From: Blepharisma stoltei ATCC 30299
Lineage: Eukaryota > Protista > Ciliophora
Assembly (NCBI GenBank): GCA_965603825.1
Contig: CBFDEM010000004.1
Span: 62,001-126,000, forward strand
Reading direction: 5' to 3'
DNA: 64,000 nt
Shown: in pieces, positions 11,034 through 24,029 of the stretch
How positions within the stretch are numbered: position 1 is the stretch's first letter
Layout: each line of letters opens with the position of its first letter
Notes under the pieces: model-generated
What the model was told of the DNA's origin: nothing
The model's input: the letters and a program-made list of their open reading frames with translations, nothing else
Database searches by the model: none
Position numbers and translations under genes: made by a program

Positions 11034-14000
11034 TTATTTTTTACTCGGCATAATTTTCAATATCGAATTAATTTTCCTCATATACTTTTTTTCATTTCTG
11101 AAGAACTGCAAATAAAATCCGAAATAAACTGTAAATGAGCTAAAAATAAAGATAATCAGTGCTGCTGCTATAATACTCATTTGATTATCAATGGCGCTTT
11201 GTGAGTATTTATCAATCTCATCTAAAGAGCTACTATAAAAATCATCAATATATTGAAGATGTTCCACAATAACTATCCAAAATTCAGCAGTAGAAATTGT
11301 AAATGCCTCTATATAATTGTCAAATACCCATAATTTTTGAGCAGAATATATTCCAAATGCAAAATAGTCTGAAGCTATTTCTTCAGCATTTTCATAAAAA
11401 AGTACTTTGAAGTTTTGCGATAAAATTGGTGAAAACTTACTGTTTCTTAAGGCTAAATTCGTATTTTCAATTGAGCTTATTATTCCCATTATCACTGGCT
11501 CACTATGATGAAAAGGGCATGCTATTGGAAATGTGGTTCATAATGGATAACCATACATCTCTGTAGACGATTGAGTAGACCAGACACCTAAAGAAGTATA
11601 CAAAATTTGTGTCTGTATTAAATCTCTTATTATTTCTGGTCGTTTTTCTAAATACTGCGAACAATTTTTATATAGATAATTGATGTTTATAAGGCAAAAC
11701 AGTATGACTGCTGCTAAGTAAACAAGTGTTCGTCAAGCATATCTTCAGTAGCTTTTGAATGAATAAGCTGACATAGAGTGCTTTTCTGTAGAAAAAAGAG
11801 TTTTTGAATGAGAGTGGACATTTTTTAATCGCCCTAAAATTGTTTGCTTTAGCTCAGAGTAGTTCTTAAAAGCATATTTCCTTATATTATTCCAAAGATT
11901 ATTTTCAATTTTAAAAATTGAGAAATAAAAAGGGAGGATTAATAAAATACAGATAACAAGTACAGCAGGGCCCAAAATCAAAAAAAATGTCATTTGGGAT
12001 TTAAAATCGTTTACCATAGATTGTTGGCAGTCAATGATATCAGTCAGCGCTTTATTGCAATAATGGAGCGCTTCTCCATATCCATTGAATAATAAAAATC
12101 GATATGCATCTCATGGATATTCAGAGGAGTTAAAAAATTTCCTCTCAAATTCATATCCCTAAATAATTTTTACAATTTTTATAAACATTGAGATAGTCGT
12201 GATTAAATTTTCTTTTCTTCTTAATTTTCATTCTTCTATGCTTCATAAATAAATATTTTCATCCCCCAAAATACTCCCACTAGAGCAGGCATTCCAGTCT
12301 TTTGAGTTTGAAATAATTCCTGAATAAATATTTTCTAATTCTTTTAAAGCTCTTTCATATTTTTTAGTTGAAGTAGCTAAAAGTATTTCAGTATCATGGG
12401 GATCGACAGCTTGACCACTCCCCATTAGAATAATTTGTGCAAAAAGCGCTATGTTTTGAAAATTTTTCCCTATTTTTCCGATGTTTATAGGAAGACTCAT
12501 GTCACTGATAAAATTAATAGTGGAAAAAGCATAGACTAGCACTGCAATATTTAAAGCGAGAACAGTCACAATCTATATAAAAATTACTGAAAACACAAAA
12601 GCCAGATGAAGAATATTTATTGATCTTGATGACGAATTTATCATTGTAAAAAATTTGATTTGGGAAGAAGCGACTGATATTTGTGACTTTGCACTGCCAC
12701 TTGATTCAGAAATTTTAACATTGGTTGCCCCTTTATTTGCGCATAAAAGCATTTTCAAGTCTAAATCTTCTTCAGGCTGATTTTCTCTCTGGAATGAGCT
12801 GGTGCTTCTAAAAGTATCCAATTCTGCAAAATTGACTGACAAATTTTTATGCTCAACACTTAAATAATTGTTATTTGGGCTAGGAGAGCTTAGACCACCC
12901 AATTTCTCAATTTCTTTTCTGTCGTTTATAAGCATAACATAAGGGATTTTTATATTATAGATATCATAGTGGGATAGGACTAAGAATGCATCATTAAAGT
13001 TTTGATTTAGCCTGTAAGGAACGAGTGGCTTCAAGATAAACTCATCTGAAATAAAAAATAATTGTTTCAATTTGCATCCTATTAAATTATCATCAGAATT
13101 TCTGGCTAATTTAGCAAAATTTTTAGAATGGCTAATTATTTCTTCGCTTTCAGATATCAGAGCACTTTCATATGTACACTCTTTAGGCTTAAATATGAGA
13201 ATTGCTACGAGAAAACTATTAATGGCTGTTACTCACACTTTTCCTGTACATTCTAATAAATTATTGTGGACATTTAAAAAAAAGCCTTTGATTAAGTCCA
13301 TTTCTGAAACTAAGCTAAACTGGACAAATCGCTTGGCTTCTTCTTTGACTTTTTCTTTATAATAAAGATCAATAAAATTAAAAAAATTGTCACTGATAAT
13401 GCTTTTTAAAGGGAGAGAAAATATTTCTGCAGATTTTTGGCTAGCGTAAAGAATTTCTCCAAAATTGTCAATTTCATTTGAAATTATCAAGATGCCATTG
13501 CTCTCGTTAAATCAGCTGAAAATATTTAAATCATTGATAGGATTTGATAGATTTCTTTCAAGAGCCATTAACTTTACCTCAACTAAATTCGATTTTTCAA
13601 CTTCATAAATGATGGTTTTAGCATATGATGAATAAAGATATAAAGATTCTCGAGAGGTTGGATAATTTATGAATAATTGGTTATATTTGGCATTTAAATC
13701 AAAAATTTCTCTGCCTATACCCTTCATATCGTTTTTCAATTTTTTAAGGTCAGGATTAGAAGAAGTAATCTCATTTCAAAAATTAAATAAGCTGACGCAT
13801 AGTTTTTTGTCTTCTTTTTTAACCCAATATAACTCCAGAAAATAGTTTGAAAATTGACTAATATGAGAATCAGAAGCGACTGAGATATTTTTGTTGCATA
13901 AATATTCTTGGAAATTGGCTTCTAAGCTAGAATCAGGAATATTTTTGCTCTTAACGAACTTAATTTTAGCTAGAGACTCATCTTTCAGCGTGTAAAAGCA

Positions 14001-15224
14001 GTAATTTGCTGCCCATATAGCTTGGAGTTTGCTTCCATTTAATCTTTTTTCTATAAAAAATTTTTCAAAGATTTGGATTATTTCATCTTTATACTCAATA
14101 TTTCCTGAGCACATTGCGTGTCTTACAGATTTTTCTAGCTCGTACTCAGAGTCTATGCCTTTTAAGTCTTTAGGGATATTTTTACTTTTATTTATTTGCA
14201 GTTTGTAAGAAAGTTGGACAATGAACATTGCTAATAACGGTCCCATAAAAACTGCTAGTATGGAAATTGCCAATGAGTTGTCCATGAGACTTCCTAAAAT
14301 AAAAATAAAGGAAATTATGGCAATACAAGACAATTTAAGAATAATGGTGGTATTGCCAAAATATGAAAAATAAGGCAAAAAGATGATTGCTTCTTTTATC
14401 AAAATTCCTGAAAATATGATTGCTAAAATTTGTAAATAAAGTATGTAATTTTCAGCAAGTATTGCATAAGTAATTGGGAAAAAATAAGTAAAAATTGCTA
14501 TATGGTAATCAATCCTTGAGTGTGCTTTTGCATTTAACGTTGTTTTAGTTTCAGAATGTCTAATTTCTGCTGAAAATTCAGTATAAAATAAAATCATTAC
14601 AAAACCAATCGTCAATCCGACAATAATTGCTATTTTCCATCAAAAATTTATGTAAAAATCAGATAATTGCCCATCCTTTTCGTATTCTGAGATTTTATTA
14701 TGAGGCAAAAAATTATATTTAAGAAAAAGTGATAATATCTCAACAATAGGTACAAAAATAAAATTTGCTCAAATGTAAATAAATCCACGAAAAACTTTGA
14801 AGGCTTGAGAAGGTAAGCTATAGGAATGGTAAATAACAATAACAGAAATAATAATCATTATAAAGCTGGCATAAGTAAATATTATAACTGATAAAAAGCA
14901 TTCCTCAATTATCCCTGCTGCAGAGCAAGTATTGTCAAATTTCAAATAGCCTATGATTTTTCATAGTGTGTTATTTTTACTTCAATTTTTTATTGGGAGA
15001 TCTGGAACTCATAGTAAACTTATAATTTGGAGGCACCAAATTATACCTTCAATTGTTAATACTCACTTTTGCCTCAGAATAGAATTTTCTTGATAACCAT
15101 TTCCAGGAAAGAGCTGGGAAAAAAATTCGAAAATTGAGCTTTCAACAGATCTTTCTTTTTTTCTCTTTCAAAAATTTTGTTTGAAAGCAGCATCCAGATT
15201 TGACTCAGACTTTACTTCAGCCAT
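11034..15224 (-). CDS. Copy B: TmcB/TmcC-like multi-pass PAS-domain membrane protein (~1386 aa)
   Basis: ATG 15224; track ORFs join in one frame with UGA=W. Introns 12573-12587 (GTAATTTTTATATAG) and 12159-12173. Span minus 30 nt is divisible by 3. PAS-like GILIISNEIDNFGEILYASQKSAEIF; ends INSILKIMPSKK. Confidence 0.9.
12159..12173 (-). other. 15-nt spliceosomal intron (intron 2 of family, representative)
   Basis: GTAAAAATTATTTAG. Removal joins MFIKI|GYEFER; position is conserved before a Gly codon in all copies that retain this region. Confidence 0.92.
12573..12587 (-). other. 15-nt spliceosomal intron (intron 1 of family, representative)
   Basis: GTAATTTTTATATAG: GT-AG, A at position 10, ends in an in-frame TAG. 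Removal restores HLAFVFS|IVTVLALNIAV. The same position is occupied in every full copy. Confidence 0.92.
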
Positions 15225-16387
15225 TAACAAAATATTAAGGAAAGCAAATTTATTTAAAAAATTTTCTTAGCAGAAATATATTAGCAACTTTTAAGCCTGG
15301 ATTTAAATTTAGTTGTTAATTATTCAATATTATTATATTACTTGAAACAATTGTAAATATTTATTTAGAGTGAGTGTACACAGAGGATCATTTAAACTTA
15401 TAATAGGTTAAAATTATAAAATATTAAATGAATACAAGAAAATGAACTAAATAGTTATAATTATCTTTCAAAAGGAGTTTTATTTTTTAATTATGCATTA
15501 TGACAAAAAATTATTTGGGATTTATCTAACAATCATGAAACTACTAATAATTTTTACGTTAACTTCTATTTTTAATTTTGCTTTCAATACGGGTGGCATA
15601 AAAAGTATATTATTTGAAAATTCAAAATTAATAGCTTCCAGTTAGACCTATAACAAATCTCGTCTCAAAGTAAAAATTTTGTTAAGAATATTGATACTAT
15701 AAGAGCTACATGTACTTTTTGCTAGGGAAACCCACCAAGACCCGTCTCAGAGATTTCTAACTGTTTTTAAAAATAAAGGCTGATATGGAAAGATTTTGGT
15801 AAATTGTCTCTGAGGAAATTTTTTATCAAAAAGTGGGGTGATTAATTAATCTGCCTATTAAGTAATCTGCAATTTATCTAGATTTGGGCCCATATAAAGC
15901 ATATGTTTTATGAAGAAAAGCTCGCAATTCTGCTTATTTTACAAGGATCATTACAATTTGTTATAAAGCCTTTAAATAGGGATTTATCGTTATTAATGCA
16001 TAGCTAGATTTTTGGCTATTATTTGGATGGTTATAGCTATAAATAGCATTTGTCAGTCTGCTTTATAGCATTCTATGATTATTTTAGTGTAAAAGCCTTT
16101 AAGAGTGAAAGCAATAAAGCATACCTTAATTAATATGTATTTTCTTTACTCTAAGCATAATCTTAGTAGGCTAAAAAAATTTTATCTTATAAAGGCTAAG
16201 TAATTATATCTCAATATGAGCTATAGATTTTATAAAAGAAAAATTATATTAAGCAAATTAGAATCAATCTAAAATCTTCTAGTATTTGAATATTAATTTC
16301 TTATTTATGAATTAACGCGAAATTATTTTACATTTAGTATAGGCCACCATTTAAAAAGATTTTTAATTTATTATTTTCTATTAATAA

Positions 16388-19300
16388 TTATTTACTAGGG
16401 ATAATTTTCAATATCGCATTGATTTTCTGCATATATTTTTTTTCATTTCTGAAAAACAGCAAATAAAATCCAAAATAAGCCACAAACGAGCACATAATGA
16501 AGCTAATAAGTGAGATTGTTATTATTTTCATTTGGTCATCAATGACACTTTGCGAGTATTTATCAATTTCATCTATAGCGCTGGTATAAAACTCATCTAT
16601 ATGCTGAAGGTTATCCATAAAATCAACCCAAAATTGCGGATTTGAATTTCCGTATGCGAGAGTATATATATCAAATCTTCATAATTCTTGAGCTGCATAT
16701 ACCCCAAGATCAAAATATGGGCAAACTCCATTATTATTTTCATAAAAAAGCCTTCTAAAATTATCTGACAAAATTGATGAAAACTTAGAATTTCTTAAGG
16801 CTAATTTTTTATTCTCAATGCTAATAATTGTGGAGTTTATTATGGGTGTGCTGCGAGAAAAAGGGGTTGCAAAAGGGAACTGGAGTCATAATCCAAGACC
16901 ATATGTTTCGCCAGACATTTGCTGTCCCCAAACAGCTGCAGTAGTATACAGAATCTGATTTTGTATTAAATCTTTTAATACTTCTGGCCTATCCATTAAA
17001 TATTGTGAGCATTCTTCATAAAGATAAGTCGTGTTTATCAAGCAAAACAATATAACAGCGGCTAGATATGCAAGTATTCTCCACGAATACCTCCAATAGC
17101 TTTTAAAAATATAAGGTTCCATTGAGGGGTTTTGATAAGAAAAAAGGTTTTCAGACTTAGCATGGACTTCTTTGAGTCTTTCCAAAATTGTTTGTTTAAG
17201 CTCAGAATAGCTATTAAAAGCATTTTTTCTTATATTATTTCAAAGTATATTTTCAATCTTAAAAATCGAGTAATAAAACGGGAGTATCATCAAAATGCAT
17301 GCAATAAGTACCGCAGGGCCTAATATTAGTAGAATAATCATTTGAGATTTAAATTCAATCATCATTGACTCTTGGCATTCTATGATATCAATTAATGATT
17401 GATTACAATAGTCGAGCGCCACTCCCCACCCATTAAGCAGCAAAAATCTGTACACGCTTCAAGGATTTTCTGATGGATCTGCCAGTTTCCTTTCAAATTC
17501 ATTTCCCTGAATATATTTTACATTTTTTATAAACATTGAAATTGTATCTATTAAATTTGCTTTTTCCCTTGCGGTTCAATCTTCTGTGCTTCATAAATTC
17601 ATTTTGTCTTCACCTAAAATACTTTGGCTGGAACAGGCATTTCAATTTCTGGAATTTGATATTATGCTGGAATAAACAGTCTCCAGTTCTGACAGAGCTT
17701 GTACATATTTTTCAACTGAAGCTATTATTAATAAATCGCCATTTTCAATCTGAAGTGATGGGACTATCAGCAAAATTTGTGCATAAAGTGCAATTCTTTG
17801 AAAATTTTTCCCAGCTTTTCCAATGTTAACCAGAAGATTCATATCACTTATAAATTTTATATCGGCAAAGGCATAGGCCAAAACCGCGATATTTACTGCT
17901 AAAACAGTTATAATCTGAATAAAAATTACAGAAAAAACAAAAGCGAGGTGTAAAATATTGATGGACCTAGCTGATGAATGTACCATATTGAGGAACTTGT
18001 GCTGGATAGCAGTGACTGATACTTGGGATTTTGCGTCCTGCTGGTCTGATGAATTTTTTGCATCTTCATCAGTAAAAAGATTCATTTTCGAGTCCAAGTC
18101 TTCATCTCGCTGATTTTCTTTATGATAAGAGCTGATTGTACGAAAAGTGTCACATTCTGCAAAATTTACTGATAATTTATTGGTAGCGACCTCTAGCTTT
18201 TCTTGGTCATTTTGTGCAGGTTTATTTGAATTTTGCCATTTAAATATTTCTTCACTGTCATTTATTAGGATAATATATGGAATTTTTATGTTATAAATTT
18301 CATATAATGATAGAATGAGCAAATATTCACCAAAATTTTGCTTTATATGATAAGGAAAATCCAGTTTTCATTCAAAATTTTCTGATTTAAAAAATAATTT
18401 TTTAAGCTTGCACCCTATTAAATTTTCATCAGATTTTCTTAAAATTTTCGCAAAATTTCTTGAATAACGAATTATTTCTCCAGACTCAGAAACTAATGCA
18501 AATTGATGCGAATTTTCTTTTGGCTTAAAGACAAGTATAGCTACAAGTAGGCTATTTATTGAGGTTGCTCATAATTTTCCTGTACAGTCTAATAAGTTGT
18601 TGCGGACTGTTAAAAAAAATCCCTGGCTTAAATCGATTTCTGATACTGAGCTGAACTGAATAAATTGTTTGGATTTTTCTCTGACTCTTTCTTTATAATA
18701 AGGATCAATAAAATTAAAAAAATTGTCACTAGCTATGTTTTTTAAAGGGAGCTTAAAAATTTCTGAAGATTTTGGGTTTGCAAACAGAATTTCTCCAAAA
18801 TTGCTTGGTTCATTAGAAATTACGAGAACCCCATTATTATCATTAAAATAGCTGAAATTGCTAGAATTATTGATAGGGTTTGACTGAGATCTTTCAATTG
18901 CCCTCAGCTTTACCTCAATTAAATTTGATTTTTCATACTCATAAGTGATATCTTTAGTATATGAAACATATAGAGCCAAAGATTCTCTAGAATTCGGGAA
19001 TTTAGTAAAAATCTGATGGTAATTTGAATTTAATTCAGAAATTTCGTTATTTATTCTGGATAAACTTTTTTTCAATTTAGTAAGATCAGGCTTAGTAGAT
19101 GTAATCTCATTTCAAAAATTAAATAAATTTATGCACAATTTTTGGTCTGCTTTTTTTATTGTGTGGAATTGTAAAAAATAATTTGAAAACTGAGAGCTTT
19201 GAGAAGCACAAGCTTCTAAGATATTTTTGTGGCATAAATACTCTTGATAATTAGATTCTAAGCCTGAATCAGGAATATACTTTGTTTTAGCAAGCTTAAT

Positions 19301-20560
19301 TTTGGCTAAAGATTCATCCTGTAAGGTAAAATAGCAGTAATTTGCAGCTCATATAGCTTGAAGTTTGTTTCCATTTAGCCTTTTTTCTATAAAGAAATTC
19401 TCAAATATCTTAATTATTTCATCCTTATGTGCAGTACTATTTGAGCACAATTCGTGTCTAATTGATTTTTCTAAATCATATTGGGAATTTATTTTATTCA
19501 AGTTTTCAGGTATGTCTTTATTTGGTTTTGTTTGTAACTTGATAGAAAATTGAATGATAAATACAGAAGACAAAGGTCCCAATATAATTAATAGGAGGGA
19601 AATAGCTAATGAGTTGTCCATAAGGCGCCCCAAAATAAAAATAAAGGAGAATAAAGCAATAAAACATAGTCTAAGAATAATAACTGTATTGCAAAATATC
19701 GAAAAATAAGGTAAAAGGTTTGCAGTTTCTTTGAGTAAAATCATTGAAAAAAAAATCGCTAAAATTTGTAAATAAATTATATGATCTTTAGCGAATAATG
19801 CAAAAGCAATTGGAAAAATATAAGTAAAAATTGCTATATGAGTATCAATCCTTGAATGTGCCTTTGCATTCAAATTTTTCTCTATAGCAGAATGCCTTAT
19901 TTCAGCCGAAAATTCTGTATAAAATAAATACAATATAAACCCAAATATCAATAGAAAAATAATTGTAATTTTTCATATAGAGCCGACTTCAAAATCAGCT
20001 AGCTGCTTTCCATCTTCATATTCTGAAATTTTATTTTGAGACAAAAAATTATACTTGAAGAAAAGCGAGAAAATCTCAATCGACGGAATTAAAAAAAAAA
20101 TCGATCATAAATAAAAAAGATAATATAAAATAGTAAAGACTTGAGATGGCAAGCTGTAAGAGTAATAAATAGCTATGACCAAAATAATAACACTTGTAAA
20201 GCTTGCATAAGTAAAGGAAAGTAATATAAAAAAGCACTCATCAATTATTCCTAATGCTGAGCAGGTATTATCAATTTTTATGTGTCCTATGACTTCTCAT
20301 ATGATCATATTATTTTTTCAATTAGTAATAGGCATATCAGGGACATATAGTAAGCTAATAACTTGAAGGCATCATATCGTACCCTCAATCGCTATTATCA
20401 GTTTTTGTCTTGTAACAGAATCTTCTTGATTTCTAGTCCTATTAAAGAGCCTGCAATAAAATTCAAAAATTGAGTCCTTGATTGATTTTTCTTTTTTAAA
20501 TTTTCAGAGATTTTGCCTTGAGTCTTGATTTTTGCGTGATTCAGCTTTAGGTTCAGCCAT
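16388..20560 (-). CDS. Copy C: TmcB/TmcC-like PAS membrane protein (~1380 aa)
   Basis: ATG 20560 (MAEPKAESRKNQDSRQNLW), TAA 16388. Introns 17915-17929 (GTAATTTTTATTCAG) and 17507-17521 (GTAAAATATATTCAG), both stop-free. Length consistent with one frame. Confidence 0.9.
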
Positions 20561-20746
20561 AAATGAAATATAAGATGATTAACTTGCATATTATCAAAAA
20601 TCTAAGTATTTATCATCACAACTATAAGTAATTTTAATTTAATTTGAATAGCGATAATTTTTCAATGTTGAAACAAATAAATAATTTATTGAAATTTACT
20701 GAATGTAATTATTTTTTTATTTGAACTTTTCAAAGAAAACATATAT

Positions 20747-21047
20747 TTATGGTATTGACCATTTTTGAATAAACGTGCCCATGCCTTTCTTTAACCCAGC
20801 AGCTTTTTCCTGCGCTAGCTGGTCCTCATATTCAAAGATTTTCCAACTGGTTCAAATTTTCATGAGATGGCAAATATTCCCTTCCTTTGGTTTCTGAAGA
20901 TCTTCTAGGCTTCTCCACTCTTCCACGTAAGTCTTTTTTGCCTGATTCAGAAATTCGCTTATTTTCTTTTTTCTTCAATTCCTTGGATCTTGTCTGGAAA
21001 GTTTCGTCAATATAGTTGCTGATAAGTAAATTAACTGCAGAGGACAT
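20747..21047 (-). pseudogene. Small hypothetical protein (~100 aa), apparently with one frameshift
   Basis: MSSAVNLLISNYIDETFQ..., then the alternative frame reads KISEFLNQAKKTYVEEWRSLEDLQKP...EYEDQLAQEKAAGLKKGMGTFIQKWSIP-stop. GC is higher than in the flanks; unrelated to the array family. Confidence 0.35.
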
Positions 21048-21464
21048 TATAATTTTTTGGATATGCAAGAAAAATAAAAATTATTTTGATTGAGAATGTG
21101 TTGCTGAGGTATTTTATGAGAAATTGCCAAATTTGATAAAGCTGAGAAGAAGAAATGCTAAAATATGGGGAAAATGATGATGCAATCATCTAGAAACTAT
21201 TTATATGCTAAGATTTTTCTAATAGCTATGCCTCAAGTGGGGAGTTATAAATTTGAAGCATATATAGCGAATCAATTTTTCAAAATTTCTCTATTAGCCC
21301 ACAATTCTATTTATAATAGAAAATTCAGATTTAATAATTAACTATTAGTCCTGAGAATTTATTTTTTGCAAATATATGCTCTCAAGAACCCCAGGTGTAT
21401 ATTTATGTTTAAATATTTAACTAAAATTTATGCCATAAAAAGGCTTAATATATTATGTTTTACC

Positions 21465-22567
21465 TTATTTCGGCATAACCTCTTTGTTGAGTAAACTGAA
21501 TTTGACGACCATATTATTTAAAACAGTAAGATATTTTTTTCATTTTTGTAAAAAGGTAAATAAAATCAAATATAAGCTACAAATGAACATAAAATAAAGC
21601 CAGTTAGCGAAAATGCAATAATATTTATTTGGTTGTTAATCACACTTTTTGAGTAATCGTCAATTTCAGTTACAGCGCTATTATAAAAATCAACGATATG
21701 CAGGGTATTTAATGTAAAAGTTAGTATATCAAAAGGAGCAGAAATCGTAAACGCTTAGTATACATATATTATGAAATTATCAGCAAGTACAGCATAGAAA
21801 ACCTGTAAAAATATGTAAAAACAGCTATATGAGTATCAGAATGTGAGTGCGCTTTAGCAATTATTGCCATTTTATATAGGGAATGTCTAATTTCTCCGGA
21901 AAACTGCGTATTTAACAAAATAAGAGCAAATGCAAATATCATTGAAAATATCACCCAAATTTGCCATGATAAATTAACCTCAGAGTCTTTAGAATTGTGA
22001 TTTTGGTATTCTGCAATTTTATTCTGAGGTGAAAGGTTAATAGAGGGTATAAAAAAATAATTTCCATAAGTTAAAAATACTATTGAAAATGTTCAATATA
22101 AAGCTTGGTATGCTATAAGAATAATAAATTATATCAATAAAAGCAATAATAATCAAAAAATTAGTGCAGGTAAATAAAATTGATAAAATCAGATATAGGA
22201 ATTGCCCGAGGATGGCGCAAGATAGCGCCATCCTCAGGCAATTGCTATATTCGCTAATAATCCCTAATTTTGAGCAAACATTGTCAAAGTTTAAGTAGCC
22301 TATAATCTCCCATATAGTCATATTTTTATTTCAATTGCTAATCGGCATATCTGGAAGTCACAGGAAGTTTATTATTGGAGGCATCATATAATACCTTCAA
22401 CTGTTGCTTTACCTTTTTGCCAAGGCATAGAATTTCTTTACTATTGGCTTTACTGTAGAGCTGGCAATAAACCTCGAAAATTGCATTTTTAACTGAGTTT
22501 CTGCTAGGGATTTTCCAAAAATTGTGGGAATTGCCATTTTGATAAGAATCGTTTTAGCTTCAGTCAT
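21465..22567 (-). pseudogene. Copy D: internally deleted, frameshifted family pseudogene (N-terminal TM part fused to the last ~80 codons)
   Basis: ATG 22567 with several frameshifts. WEIIGYLNFDNVCSKLG and FSGEIRHS...KAHS motifs, then at ~21715 it jumps to HIVDFYNSAVTEIDDYSKSVINNQ...KNEK...VMPK-TAA(21465). Confidence 0.85.
22194..22249. mobile_element. 54-bp TA-bounded palindromic insertion (candidate mini-MITE/IES), copy 1
   Basis: TATAG GAATTG CCCGAGGATGGCGC AAGATA GCGCCATCCTCAGG CAATTG CTATA: 25-bp stem with 2 mismatches and a 6-nt loop. Removing 54 bp and leaving one TA restores ISEYLILSI, collinear with paralogs. Confidence 0.8.
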
Positions 22568-23347
22568 AAATGAAATATATTAAAAAATAAAAGAGCATTT
22601 AAATGAAATATATATATATTATAAGCAAGCCCATCAAAGTTGCATATTAATAAATTCACAAAAAAACATTATAAAAAGTTTAACTTCTCAGACTTTAACT
22701 TTTTATTATCAGTATCATTATTTCTAATTGCCTTCACATTAATTATAATTAAAACTAGTCACTTAATTGGAAAATTAGTTATGGTTAACTAATAATTCGG
22801 AGGTATGATGACCTTTTTGCTATTTCTGAGATAGAATTTTCTTTACTCCTGGCTATATAATGGGCTCAAATTACAGTTTTTTCCTTTTTGCTTGCAATTA
22901 TGGTGAAGATAGTTCGGGCATTTCTCTTTAGCTATAAATAGAAATATTTAAAATCTAAAAAATATTAAATCAGTATTCTAAACAATATATGTAAAAAATG
23001 AAAATTATAATTAAGATTTCCAAAAGTTTTATAAGGAGACATTATTTTAATAGACCATTTATTAAGCTTCTACTCAATAAAGAGATTATAATGCCAACTC
23101 TAGAATTCTTTAGTTAAGATGTATGATATAAAGTTTACGAGGTCTTAATAATTAAACAAAACCTTATTCTTAGATTTTCGTTATTTTTGTTAAAGATCTC
23201 TATTGTTATTTATTAAGGACAATCATTAAATTAAATTTATATTTTGTAAATATACCATCTTAAAAAAATTAAAATTATTTCTTAAACAAATGATGTTAGC
23301 TTTTTTCTTAAGAATTAATTAGAATAATATTTAATATTAAATAATAG

Positions 23348-23930
23348 TTATTGAATTCCAAATTTCATATAGTCATTTGGAATTTCTTGGTCTTTTTCAT
23401 ATAAGAGATTTTTAAAATTTTTAGATAGGAGGTCTGGAGTGATTACTTAGTTTTTCTTAAGTCTAAGGTTGTACTCTCAATACTTAGCAGAATTTCGTCA
23501 ATCTTTGCTTTTGCTTTATAAAAAGGGCACATGTAGTACACCTGAGCGCATATTGGATAATTCAAATTATCTGTAAAAGACTGAATTTTTCATATTACTA
23601 AGTTAGTGTACAATATTTGCGCATGAATTAAATTTCTTATGACCTCAGGCCTATTTGATAGATATTCTGCACATTGATCATAAAGATAAAAGATATTTAT
23701 AAAGCAAAATGAAGAAAACCCTATAAACGATATAAGCATTATTCAAAAATACCGCCAATAACTTTTTAAAGTGCATGGCGTTTTATAAGATTTTTTATGA
23801 GAAAATGCAATATTCTCCTCAGAATGAAAATCCTTTAATCTATATAAAATTGTGTTTTTGAGCTTAAAAAAAGAGCCATACACATTTTTTCTGACATTGC
23901 TCCAAACATCATTTTCTATTTAAAGAAAAA
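23348..23930 (-). pseudogene. Orphan internal/3' fragment of another family copy
   Basis: Reads IENDVWSNVRKN...KSYWRYFWI...INIFYLYDQCAEYLSNRPEVIRNLIHAQILY...LLSKNFKNLLYEKD...MKFG with stops and frameshifts; it has no 5' part. Confidence 0.8.
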
Positions 23931-24029
23931 TAAATCTATAGCTTCTCTATGATCTCAATTCCCTATTTATGGTAATTTTGAATAATCATATCTCTAAAGA
24001 TTAAAATGTTAAATTTACTTTAAAAATAT

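Larger units (their letters stand above)
5737..15694. repeat. Large inverted duplication: arms ~5737-10460 and ~10985-15694 (copies A and B tail-to-tail), spacer ~0.5 kb
   Basis: A and B proteins are near-identical. Similarity extends into upstream DNA (tcaatattcttaacaaaattt..actttgagacgagatt vs aatctcgtctcaaagtaaaaattttgttaagaatattga) and into the 3' flanks. Confidence 0.9.

Noticed and set aside
15725-15845. Possible small MITE (ctcagaga/tctctgag, cccac/gtggg)
   Set aside because: The inverted matches are short and unevenly spaced, with no target duplication or second copy.
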